The notes: generated from the sequence alone by a model not told the origin. A DNA stretch of 32,000 nt from Candidatus Saccharimonadota bacterium (GCA_000503875.1 CP006913.1:960001-992000); one strand, 5' to 3'; positions 23,078 through 31,336 are shown, numbered from the stretch's first letter. A program made the numbers and translations.

Positions 23078-24103
23078 TTATTTCCCCTGAGTATTCATCT
23101 GTTCTAGAAACCATTTGTATCCAACATCAGCTCAGAACTGTTTGAATGGATTGACGATGAATGGGTTTTTATTTATACTCTTGTAATAGAGATCAAGGAC
23201 TACCTGTTTGTAGAGATAAATAAAAGCTTTTACTGGCTCCATATTCTTGGTAAAATCAATCTCGTATTTTAAGATAGTTTCAGGCATAGGCATAACCTTA
23301 GCTTGAAGGAGTTTTTCTTTAAGTTCTTCATTCTTGGTATATTTTTCATAAGGGACTCCATACTTATCACATAGCTCTCTCAAATCTTTTTGAAGCAGAC
23401 CTTTGAAGACATTTGGTTTGCCTTTTACGATCTGATCAAAAATCATTCTTTTGGGTTGCTTTCAAGTGATACTCATACATCCTATGAAATAAGCTCCTGC
23501 TTGAAGATCAAAGTCTGGTGCTGTATCAGTCGCTTCTTTTTCATAGCCAGCACTTGTTGTTTTGTGGTCTACGATGACAATATTCCCTTCTTCATCTTCG
23601 GCGATCATGTCGATTTTTGTTTTGATCGGTACAGGCATATCTTCTCATGAGAAGTCTGTGAATTCAACAATATCATCAATTTCGGTATAAAGAGGTTTGT
23701 ATTTCGGTGGGTTAGATAAATAGGATTCCAATGTTTCTTTGATAGTTTCCAAGCTTCATTCTCTGTCTTGGGTTACTCACCAAACCATCGTTCAGTTTTT
23801 CTCTGCGACATTGAAGGCATGGTTTGCTTGTGTGATAGCGACTGATATAAAGTCTTCGTTGGTCATTTGTGGAACATCGTGTCATGCATTGAGGTATCAT
23901 TGATGAATCCAATAATGTTCTATCCCTGCATGGACAGCCGATCAAATCACAAAGCTAGGCTTCGTTTCAAAATCGTCTCGTTGTCCGAGGATGTACCCTT
24001 TGTAAAATGATTGTTGATCCTGGCAGTAAGATTTGATACTGCTGTAGGAGAGGTGGCTCACTGGTAGAGCCTCGATAATCTGTTGTTTTGCTGGCAATTT
24101 CAT
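23078..24103 (-). CDS. PD-(D/E)xK exonuclease (RecB/Cas4-like phage recombination exonuclease)
   Basis: 341 aa, with no TAA/TAG in frame (plus-strand triplets checked). Motifs are FVIGSAVHAGIEHYW (Gly encoded by TGA), KIDMIAEDEEGNIVIVDHKTT and DLQAGAYF. It lies directly downstream of recT. Confidence 0.8.
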
Positions 24104-24136
24104 TTCGTTTGTTTAAAAAAAGATAAAAGGAGGTAT

Positions 24137-25138
24137 TTACTTGGTGGTAGGTTCCTCTTTTTTTGTTTCTGTTAATGTTTCTCCAAAATTTATGATTTCT
24201 TCAAGGAGCTTCTGATCGTTAGGATTTACATAAATATCTGTGATTATTTCTATGACAGAGCTAAGTTCTTCTAAAGTATAAATTCTGTCCGTGATGATTC
24301 TTTTCTTCAATCAAAGCTTAAGTTTCTCTATAAAATTATTGGCTTCATCGTTAGTAAATTTGGTAAGTGAATCTTTGTTGTAGAGTTCTTTACAAAATTC
24401 TTTTTTCTTGGTATCACTATCTTCATATTTCATAAGATCAAAAATCTGATTAATTTTCTTTTTCTGTTCAGATGAAATCACATCTGCTTTAACTGATTTT
24501 GTTTGTAAGGCATCGACATTTACAGGCTCTGTATTTTCTACCTGAGCAAGGCTGACTTTCTTTTTTGATTCTGTTTCTCAATCAATAACTTGTGCATTCC
24601 GTATCTCTTCTTCAAGATATGGCATTCATCCAATATCCTCAGGAAAGCAAAGTCTCATACCTTGTCCGATCAAAGTCTTCTTGGTCATGAATTTCGGTTT
24701 TTCATTCCAGTTCTTGTTTGGAGATCAGTCTTTTTTACATTGAACGATCTCATCTCGAGTCACTTCCCAGATGAATGGATTATTCCAATCTTTACGGTGG
24801 ATAGTGATTTTACCTCCTGCCACTTTACCGTCATCATCTTCAATGATTTCTGTTTCCCAGCCATCAAGCTTTCAACTCGCTTGTGCTTTTTGAAGGTAAA
24901 CCGTGTAGGCAGTCACAGGTTGCATGTCGTTTTTTCCAAGTTTGCTATTCCAAAATGGGATAGGATAGATTTCTCTTTTGTAAGGGTTGAGATTGTTTGC
25001 TAGAGCAATTCAAACAAACAAGGCTTTCTGTTCATCAGAGATTTCGTTTTTGCATTGGCTGAACAAGAAATCTTCTAGAGTGTCCTTGCTGATCGCCATA
25101 GTCTTTTGGACTGTTGCTAGTTGTTTTTTGTCGTTCAT
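24137..25138 (-). CDS. recT: RecT-family single-strand annealing protein
   Basis: 333 aa, frame checked. It has EQKALFVGIALANNLNPYKREIYPIPFWN, VTAYTVYLQKAQASGKLDGWE and KPKFMTKKTLIGQGMRLCFPEDIGG, followed by an acidic/lysine-rich C-terminal extension. Confidence 0.8.
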
Positions 25139-25147
25139 GATAGTTGG

Positions 25148-26470
25148 TTATGAAGATGTAAAAGAAGTAACTTTCTTTGTAAAACGGCTCCTTATCTCAT
25201 TGATGCGATCTTTCGTTTCTTGAGAGGGTGGGGCTATTTCTTTTTCTGGTGGACTTGTTGGCGGAGATAGAATGCTACGAATTTTGGAAGTGACATGCTT
25301 CCTTTCTTGTTCGATAGTTATCCTAGCAAAGACATTTTCGAGTGTTCCATAGAATTTATTGATATGTTTCAAGAACTCTCAGAGATCAAAATGCTCGATT
25401 TTAAAGAAGAGGTATTTTGAAAGCCTGTGTTCCTTGATCAGATTCAAAACTTTTGCAAAGATTGATATCCTGGAAATGAAATCTTGAAGGGTGATAGAAT
25501 CAATAATGTTGTATAAAGCTTTCTTTGTTTTCTCGTCCATTCGATCGTTCCTTCCTGTAAGAGTATTTCGGTTGGCGATAAATTCCTGACCTTCGTTTTC
25601 AACTTTTAGCATCCTTTGTTTAAATCCGTCAGGTTCCCCCTCCACACCTCCCCCTATACTATTTAAAGAAGAAGTGGGGATATTTCTTTTATCTAGTTTC
25701 TTATCTCTAGTATATATACTCTTATTATTGTGACTGTTTGATGACTGTTTCGTGTCTATTCCCTGGCTGTTTGGTGGCTGTTCGATAATAAATGGTGCTA
25801 TAACTTCATAATTAGCAAGCCTATAAATCGCTGACTGTTTCGTGGCTGTTTTTTTGTCACTTTTTTTCATAAATCATAACGAAATTAATTTGTCTATTGC
25901 TCTTACTATTTTTCAAGACTGGCTCTGTTGTAATCCGAAGTGTGCATACTCATTTTTACTCAGAGTAAATTCTCATTGATCTAACCCTTCAGGACTTGGG
26001 TAGGGATACTTCCATACTCTCAAAGCTCCTGTAACCATAATAGCCAGCCAAAGAGGGTTCTCTATAAGAAGAGATACTCTGTAGTCATGACGATCATCAG
26101 AAAGCTTGATAAAGTAGTGCATAAAAGTATCTTCCATTAATGAATAAAAAAGATGTCTGACCGCAGTGGAACAAACATCTTTTTCATTCGTTCCATGAAT
26201 GTTCTTGCGAAGATAGGGTCATGTTTGAAGCGATAGATTTGCATCTATCCATGACACTACCGCTTCAAGAATAGGTGTTCATAGAATGCGATCATAGGAT
26301 GGGAGTGAAACGAGGGAGTACTTGTGAGGTCGTTCTCTAGTTTCAGAAGACTCCCAAAACCTAATGATGCGATTGCTGTATACTTTTTTCTCGAACCATT
26401 TACAAGAGAAAAACGCTGGTTCGAAGATAGTCCTGTTCGGGAGGGTAAAGTGGTATTTTTGACTTTTCAT
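25148..26470 (-). CDS. Replication-initiator-like protein (winged-helix, lambda O-like organisation)
   Basis: This is a single 440-aa frame. Three track ORFs plus one untracked segment are joined by in-frame TGA codons, with no TAA/TAG between 26470 and 25148 (checked). A wHTH-like segment reads FTLSKNEYAHFGLQQSQSGKIVRAIDKLISLGF. The low-complexity linker is encoded by an iteron-like array. Function is inferred from position and architecture. Confidence 0.55.
25731..25853. repeat. Iteron-like array of 11-nt units, TG(A/G)CTGTTT consensus
   Basis: Consecutive 11-nt units start at 25731 (tgactgtttga), 25742 (tgactgtttcg), 25753 (degenerate), 25764 (tggctgtttgg) and 25775 (tggctgttcga). Two more start at 25832 (tgactgtttcg) and 25843 (tggctgttttt). 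An AT-rich tract, tagtatatatactcttattatt, lies adjacent at about 25709-25730. Confidence 0.7.
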
Positions 26471-26526
26471 CTTTGATATAGTAGGTAGTAACTAAAATCC
26501 GAGCGGTTCGAAATTTCTTTTAGTGA

Positions 26527-26554
26527 CTATTAACTAATCTTAGCTCTTTATCAA
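26527..26554 (-). promoter_or_regulatory. Candidate leftward early promoter (TTGATA-N16-TAATAG) for the replication/recombination operon
   Basis: The -35 is the reverse complement of 26549-26554 and the -10 is the reverse complement of 26527-26532. It lies about 57 nt upstream of ATG 26470 and shares the 16-mer AGCTCTTTATCAAGTC with 22760-22775. Confidence 0.45.
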
Positions 26555-26802
26555 GTCTTTATAGGCTCTTTAATTGTCTTTTCTCGATATGTAGACCTAT
26601 TGTATCTCGAGATTATAGACAAATCTAGCCAATAAGGGTATGGTTTGGGAAACATATTCCGAAATAAACCAAAAAATAGAAGATTAGTAAAGTTATGATG
26701 TATGCTTTCAAAAGAAAATATTTGTATTTCTATTATTTAGAATATTTCACTTTTCTTGGTTTGGGAAATCTGGATACAAAAGATGTATTTTTCACAAACT
26801 AA

Positions 26803-26830
26803 AAAGAGGATACTTTTAGCATCCTCTCTA
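26803..26830 (-). terminator. Hairpin with a T-run on the minus strand
   Basis: The stem is agaggat (26805-26811) / atcctct (26821-26827) with a 9-nt loop. The minus strand continues as TTTTA. Confidence 0.4.
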
Positions 26831-26836
26831 TAGTTT

Positions 26837-27001
26837 CTATGTCATACTTTCTACATATTTTTGGTAAACATCTAGTTGTTCTAAAAATTCCTTGCATTTA
26901 ACCAAGCATTTCTGTATAGTAAGCATCGCATTAGCCGAGCTATCAAAGCTCTTTCAATCCGCAGGTTGCGGTTCGATAGAAGTCCTGTTCGGGTATACCA
27001 T
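26837..27001 (-). CDS. Possible 54-aa ORF (alternative reading of the candidate sRNA locus)
   Basis: ATG 27001 to TAG 26837-26839, reading MVYPNRTSIEPQPADG.... There is almost no room for a promoter between it and the terminator at 27025-27056. Its similarity to the initiator N-terminus is confined to a 24-nt patch. Confidence 0.25.
26892..26920 (+). promoter_or_regulatory. Candidate promoter TTGCAT-N17-TATAGT
   Basis: The -35 is at 26892-26897 and the -10 at 26915-26920, with exactly 17 nt between them. It points towards the strong terminator at 27025-27056. Confidence 0.45.
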
Positions 27002-27056
27002 AAAATATTAATTTACGAAAATACAGAAAAAACCGAGATAAAAATCTCGGTTTTTA
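26927..27056 (+). ncRNA. Candidate ~130-nt small RNA, antisense-type regulator of the initiator mRNA
   Basis: It is bounded by the promoter at 26892-26920 and an intrinsic terminator. Two short 5' hairpins are predicted (gagct/agctc 26937-26951; ccgca/tgcgg 26959-26971), followed by an unstructured stretch containing GGTTCGATAGAAGTCCTGTTCGGG (26970-26993). This stretch matches 26418-26441 at 20 of 24 positions on the same strand, so the RNA would be complementary to the leftward mRNA. Confidence 0.35.
27025..27056. terminator. Bidirectional rho-independent terminator
   Basis: The sequence aaaaaaccgagat-aaaa-atctcggttttt forms a 9-bp stem (27031-27039 / 27044-27052) flanked by an A-run and a T-run. 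Confidence 0.75.
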
Positions 27057-27083
27057 AAAATAATTTTAAAGGGATCTATAATC

Positions 27084-27167
27084 TTAATCTTCAATCTCAT
27101 CAATTGTTTCAATCTCAGGAGGATCGTATATTTCCTCATGATCAAAACAAAAATTTCGTAGTTTCAT
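27084..27167 (-). CDS. Tiny acidic ORF (27 aa)
   Basis: The ORF reads MKLRNFCFDHEEIYDPPEIETIDEIED, from ATG 27167 to TAA 27084-27086. It lies just upstream of the terminator on the minus strand. Confidence 0.3.
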   Translation of the reverse strand: MKLRNFCFDHEEIYDPPEIETIDEIED

Positions 27168-27262
27168 AGTACACTATTTAATGTTTTTTTATAAGACACA
27201 CATAAACAACACAGTTCAAAATAAGAAATTCCTATCTCAAACCAAATAGAGCTTATTGGAAA

Positions 27263-27382
27263 TTAAGAATGTCCTTCTCCCAAAATAAGTTCATCCGTAG
27301 TAGCCTCATACACATTACCAGCACCTGTTTCTTCCTGAATTTCATCACGAAGATCATCGGTAATTTCTACATCACCTGCCAT
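27263..27382 (-). CDS. Tiny acidic ORF (39 aa)
   Basis: The ORF reads MAGDVEITDDLRDEIQEETGAGNVYEATTDELILGEGHS, from ATG 27382 to TAA 27263-27265. It lies downstream of the candidate promoter at 27459-27486. Confidence 0.35.
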   Translation of the reverse strand: MAGDVEITDDLRDEIQEETGAGNVYEATTDELILGEGHS

Positions 27383-27458
27383 AATAGTAGTTGTTCAGAA
27401 TTAAACCCCTGTCCCCGGCTCTAAGTTCTGTATTTAAAGATTTTGTTTTTTCAAAACA

Positions 27459-27486
27459 AATATAATTATATAAATCAAAAAGTCAA
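27459..27486 (-). promoter_or_regulatory. Candidate promoter TTGACT-N16-TATATT (minus strand)
   Basis: The -35 is the reverse complement of 27481-27486 and the -10 is the reverse complement of 27459-27464. It is divergent from the promoter at 27604. Confidence 0.45.
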
Positions 27487-27603
27487 TATACAAAAAAAAT
27501 ACGCCTTTTATATATACATCATATTTGATCTAAAAAAACACTAAAATTCACATATATTGCTATATCTAAAAAAAGCCTTGGTTAGCTCTTACAAAAAATA
27601 AGC

Positions 27604-27631
27604 TTGACATTTAATAGAATTTATATATAAA
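27604..27631 (+). promoter_or_regulatory. Candidate promoter TTGACA-N16-TATAAA
   Basis: The consensus -35 is at 27604-27609 and the -10 at 27626-27631, about 39 nt upstream of ATG 27670. Confidence 0.5.
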
Positions 27632-27669
27632 AAAAATGACAAAAAAATACCAACAAAAAAACATACGCT

Positions 27670-28242
27670 ATGTACAACAAAATTATTTCAATTCCGGTAT
27701 TTGTGATCGGAATTTGTTTATTGGTTCTTTTTACTGAACCTAAGATGGGTAGTACCGCCCTTTCTGGCTTCCAATTGGCCGGAATCATAATCGGAGGAAT
27801 CGGTTTTCTATGGATGTTATGCTCTTTGATGGATACATTGATGAAATCTACAGAACAGCTTAGAACATTCAAAGAGACGATACGACTGCAGAAAAAACTC
27901 GCCATTAAAATTGATTTCAAAAACTCAATCGAAAAAGAGTTTAAAGAAATTCTTACACAAACATTTCCCAATTTCGAAAAAGATTTGGTTTCCATGTTTT
28001 CATTTGAAAATAAAGAATCCAAAGAAGCATTTCTTGCTGTTTGTCCCGAATTAGAATCAGGTTCTTCATTTGAAAAATATGTTGATGAACTTTCGGATGC
28101 AATGGAAGAAATCCAAGAAGTAAGAATTGAACTCGATGAAAAACTTGCAGAAATTGCTTTTTACAACGAGGATCCATGGCTTTGGTTTAGGCGCCCTATG
28201 CCTGCCAATATAAAAATCTTGATCGATGTTTTCGAAAAGTAA
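27670..28242 (+). CDS. Membrane protein (190 aa, two N-terminal TM helices, acidic helical C-terminal domain)
   Basis: This track ORF has an ATG start and a TAA stop, with no internal TGA. It is flanked by its own promoter and terminator. Confidence 0.7.
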   Translation: MYNKIISIPVFVIGICLLVLFTEPKMGSTALSGFQLAGIIIGGIGFLWMLCSLMDTLMKSTEQLRTFKETIRLQKKLAIKIDFKNSIEKEFKEILTQTFPNFEKDLVSMFSFENKESKEAFLAVCPELESGSSFEKYVDELSDAMEEIQEVRIELDEKLAEIAFYNEDPWLWFRRPMPANIKILIDVFEK

Positions 28243-28262
28243 TATTATTAATTTAGAAAGAT

Positions 28263-28294
28263 TCCCTTGGCTTTTTCAGCTGAGGGATTTTTTT
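28263..28294 (+). terminator. Rho-independent terminator
   Basis: The stem is tcccttgg / ctgaggga (8 bp including two G-U pairs), followed by seven T. Confidence 0.5.
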
Positions 28295-28306
28295 ATTTTG
28301 CTCTTC

Positions 28307-28334
28307 TTGCTTTCTCCTCGCAAAACTCTATACA
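28307..28334 (+). promoter_or_regulatory. Candidate promoter TTGCTT-N16-TATACA within a conserved box
   Basis: The box CTTGCTTTCTCCTCGCAAAACTCTATACA recurs at 29202 and, in diverged form, at 30646. Confidence 0.45.
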
Positions 28335-28364
28335 AAATAAACTTTTTATTTAATAAGCAATTTC

Positions 28365-29138
28365 ATGAAAAGACTCTTCATTATTTCAGTGATCGCGTTG
28401 GTTCTTTCTGGATGTTCATTAAACACTATGCCTTCACAAGAAACCCCTACACAATCTTGAGAAACTATAGAATCAATAGCCGAAATTACTAATACAACAG
28501 AAGGAATAATAACAAATGCAATACCATTAATTCATTCTTATGAACCAAAAACTATTTCATGAGACGTAGCAGAGGATGTGTATTTAAATAACAGCAAATC
28601 TTTTGAATGATGTGTTCTTTTGGATGAAGAAGAACGTGGATTAACAGATTATGATTGCAAAAAAATAAATGGATACGTACACACATATCAATCTCCAGAA
28701 TTATGAATAAAAATAACATACGATGAAAATTATGATTTTTTAGGAAAGAAACTTTTCTTTGCGCAAAATCCTATAGATCCAATTAAAAAACATGAAAATA
28801 TAATTTTTGATGTTAATAAACCAAATATATTTATTAAATTGATTGAAAAAAATCCAAATCAGACTCCTCAACAAATTATGGAAGCTTTACCTAAACAAAC
28901 AAATTGCATATATACTACAGCAAAAGATATTAGTATAAAAAATGATAATATAACAATTTATGCATATCAAGAAGATGAATCAAACGCTGGAGAATGCTAC
29001 GATGAAAACTACAATTATACAGAATATATATTTAGCAAAACAAAATCTGAATATTATTATCAAAAAGTTTTTAGTAGTGATTGTGCTCCATGACCATGTA
29101 ATGCTTTGGAATGAACAACTGAATTATTTTTAAAATAA
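28365..29138 (+). CDS. Lipoprotein (257 aa)
   Basis: The signal peptide and lipobox read MKRLFIISVIALVLSGC. The frame is open to TAA 29136-29138 with several in-frame TGA. Confidence 0.75.
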
Positions 29139-29160
29139 CTTTTAAGTATAGCTAACAATT

Positions 29161-29196
29161 AAACCACTTCTCGACATTTCCTGAAGTGGTTTTTTT
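29161..29196 (+). terminator. Rho-independent terminator
   Basis: The stem is aaaccacttc (29161-29170) / gaagtggttt (29183-29192), followed by a T-run. Confidence 0.7.
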
Positions 29197-29202
29197 CTAA
29201 TC

Positions 29203-29230
29203 TTGCTTTCTCATCACAAAACTTTATATA
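29203..29230 (+). promoter_or_regulatory. Candidate promoter TTGCTT-N16-TATATA within a conserved box
   Basis: The box CTTGCTTTCTCATCACAAAACTTTATATA lies 30 nt upstream of the murC ATG. Confidence 0.45.
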
Positions 29231-29259
29231 CAAATCACTTTAAACGATAAACTAATTCT

Positions 29260-30645
29260 ATGGGAAATATAGTCCTCGTATGAGCATGATGAACAGGAAT
29301 GTCAGGGGTTGCAGGAATTTTGCAGGAACTCTGATTTACCAATATTATTTGCATCGACAGTACCCAAAGTCAACTCACCGATAATCTTCAAAAAAAATGA
29401 TTCAAAGTTATCATCGGACATGGAATTTATCAGCCAAAAATAGACGACGCCATTATTTATTCTGAAGCTGCGGTAAATAGCCCAGAAGTAACATGAGCAA
29501 GAGCACTCATTTCTCAGGAACAAAAAATGATGCTGATTATGAATTATTTTGAATTTTTAGGAGAAGTATCTAAATATTTTACAACAATTTGAATCACCGG
29601 AACCAACGGCAAAAGTTCAACCACTGCCCTGGCGATTTACGGAGCAAAAGATATTCCAACGTTTTGATTAGGTATTCTCTGAGCAATGGTTCCTGATTTC
29701 AATAATCAAAGCTACCTTATCAATCCAAATCATAAGGAAGAAATTAAAACAATTTTCATCAAAATTTTCACGGGAAAAACTCCAACAGCTATTGACCACA
29801 AAAAATTATTATTTATAGTTGAAGCCTGCGAATATAAACGTCATTTCTTACATCTCGATCTCGATTATGCAGCTATCACCAATATAGAATATGACCATGC
29901 TGATTACTACAAAACCTTTGATGATTACAAACATGCCTTCAAAGAAATGTTAACGAAATTAAAACAAAAATGCTTTGTTCTCCAATGATTCCTAGAATCA
30001 AATCCAGAATTTAAACTATCCCAAAATATCCAAGAAATCCCAGAAAGACAAGAACATTTTGACTATATCTTTTGACCACATACCAGCAAAAATGCAGCAC
30101 TTACATTAGCATTATTACGCACGCAAGACTCAAGTATATCAACACAAAAAATCCAACAATTCAAAGGCCTCCGACGCAGATTAGAATATCTCGGCACCAC
30201 TCAAAATTGAGCAAAACTGTTTTCCGATTATGGACATATGGCATCATCAATCGTTATTGGATATCAATCGCTCAAACAAAAATTTCCCGACAAAAAAATA
30301 ACAGCAATTTTTCAACCGCACCAGATCAATAGAATTTTTACAGGACGAGATGATTTTGTGCAAAGTTTCAAAGGGTTTGATAAAGTCATTATTTACGATA
30401 TCTATGCTGCGAGAGAAGACATCGCTCATTTTGATTTTTCCAAAAGAGGACAAAATATCAACAGTGTAGAAGAACTTTGACATAATTTTGCAAACGCTTG
30501 TTGAGGAACATATAGCAAGGAACGAGCGGAAATTAAACAACAAATAGAACAAGCTGACAACAATCATATTATTGCTATTTTTTCTGCAGGAGATATAGAT
30601 TACGAAATTCGTACTCATCTTTCAATTAAACCATCTACAATTTAA
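29260..30645 (+). CDS. murC: UDP-N-acetylmuramate--L-alanine ligase
   Basis: 461 aa. The N-terminal VGAGGTGMSGVAG has three Gly encoded by TGA. Further motifs are the P-loop GITGTNGKSSTTA, VEACEYKRHFLHLDLDYAAITNIEYDHADYY, SDYGHMASS and IFQPHQINR. The frame was checked line by line. Confidence 0.9.
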
Positions 30646-30646
30646 G

Positions 30647-30674
30647 TTGATTTCTCTTACAAAAACAATAATCT
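30647..30674 (+). promoter_or_regulatory. Candidate promoter TTGATT-N16-TAATCT (diverged copy of the conserved box)
   Basis: The sequence GTTGATTTCTCTTACAAAAACAATAATCT starts immediately after the murC stop. Confidence 0.3.
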
Positions 30675-30708
30675 GACAGCAATATAATTTTTATATTAAC
30701 AAAAACAT

Positions 30709-31242
30709 ATGAAAAAATTATTCATCATCACAGCAAGTTTTGGAATGTTGTTTTTGATGTGATGTCAAAAAGTAACTATTATTCCAGATGAAAGCTTAAC
30801 AGGAAATATCCAAGAAATAACATGATCTGTAGAAGAGACAACAGGATTTATAATCCAATCATTTGAAGATTGTTTAAACTCAGGCTTTCCGATAATGGAA
30901 AGTTATCCAAGACAATGTAACGATGGTAAAACAACATATGTTGAAGAAATCGTACAAGAACTTACTGGAGAAAACACAAACGTAGACAATACAACTTGAC
31001 AACAAATAGGAGAAACTGGTACAAAACAAGAGGATTCTACAGGGACCAATCTTAGTATACTTCAACAAAAATTAAGAGCAATGATGGAAAGAAGAAATCA
31101 ACAAACACAAAGCGGAACCACAACAAATAGTTGAACAACCAGTACTACTATACAAACAACAACAGTATCAGACAACGAACAAGTAACAGAAGATGATATT
31201 GAAAATCTAGAAAACATTATTGATACCATTATAAAAAAATAA
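30709..31242 (+). CDS. Lipoprotein (177 aa, Thr/Gln-rich C-terminal half)
   Basis: The N-terminus reads MKKLFIITASFGMLFLMGC, with the lipobox Gly encoded by TGA 30760-30762. It also has a CLNSGFPIMESYPRQCNDGKT motif. The stop is TAA 31240-31242. Confidence 0.75.
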
Positions 31243-31336
31243 TTTGAATACCCAAAGAATCTTAAAATATTGCTTTGGGATATGAAAATTATACTCACAA
31301 AAATTAGTATAAATTTAACTCTTCAAAAACAAAAAA

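Larger units (their letters stand above)
1..27056. mobile_element. Prophage, right-hand part: late tail/lysis module, cargo/defence block, leftward early recombination/replication module. The left end lies outside the window and the right end is approximate.
   Basis: Contiguous phage-type genes (TMP, Dit, Tal, RBP, holin-like, endolysin, RecT, exonuclease, initiator) are followed from about 27.1 kb by chromosomal-type genes (murC, lipoproteins). No integrase or att duplication was found, so the boundary is inferred from gene content only. Confidence 0.6.

Noticed and set aside
23712-23945. 77-aa minus-strand track ORF inside the exonuclease gene
   Set aside because: It is in a different phase from the 341-aa PD-(D/E)xK frame that carries the nuclease motifs.
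24590-25223. Plus-strand track ORFs 24590-25003 (137 aa) and 24987-25223 opposite recT
   Set aside because: The minus strand encodes a complete RecT-like protein. The plus-strand ORFs start with non-ATG codons and give Cys/Phe-rich nonsense.
26695-26802. 35-aa plus-strand ORF (MMYAFKRKYLYFYY...) in the regulatory spacer
   Set aside because: It is very short and dominated by Tyr/Phe from AT-rich DNA, with no promoter or conserved feature.
26414-26993. GGTTCGA-containing repeats considered as tRNA/tmRNA 3' ends (a possible att site in a tRNA gene)
   Set aside because: No T-stem, acceptor stem or anticodon arm could be built around any of the three copies on either strand. The flanking sequence pairs as a 3-nt-loop hairpin instead. 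I therefore reinterpreted them as sRNA/target repeats.
27621-28177. Minus-strand ORFs 27621-28022 and 27953-28177
   Set aside because: They are antisense to the 190-aa membrane protein gene, which has its own promoter, an ATG start, a TAA stop and a terminator.
30247-30618. 123-aa minus-strand ORF and the + strand ORF 30072-30332
   Set aside because: Both overlap murC, whose frame carries all the Mur ligase motifs.
31251-31279. Hairpin cccaaag/ctttggg after the lipoprotein gene, considered as a terminator
   Set aside because: The stem is only 7 bp with a 15-nt loop and no downstream T-run, which is too weak to call.
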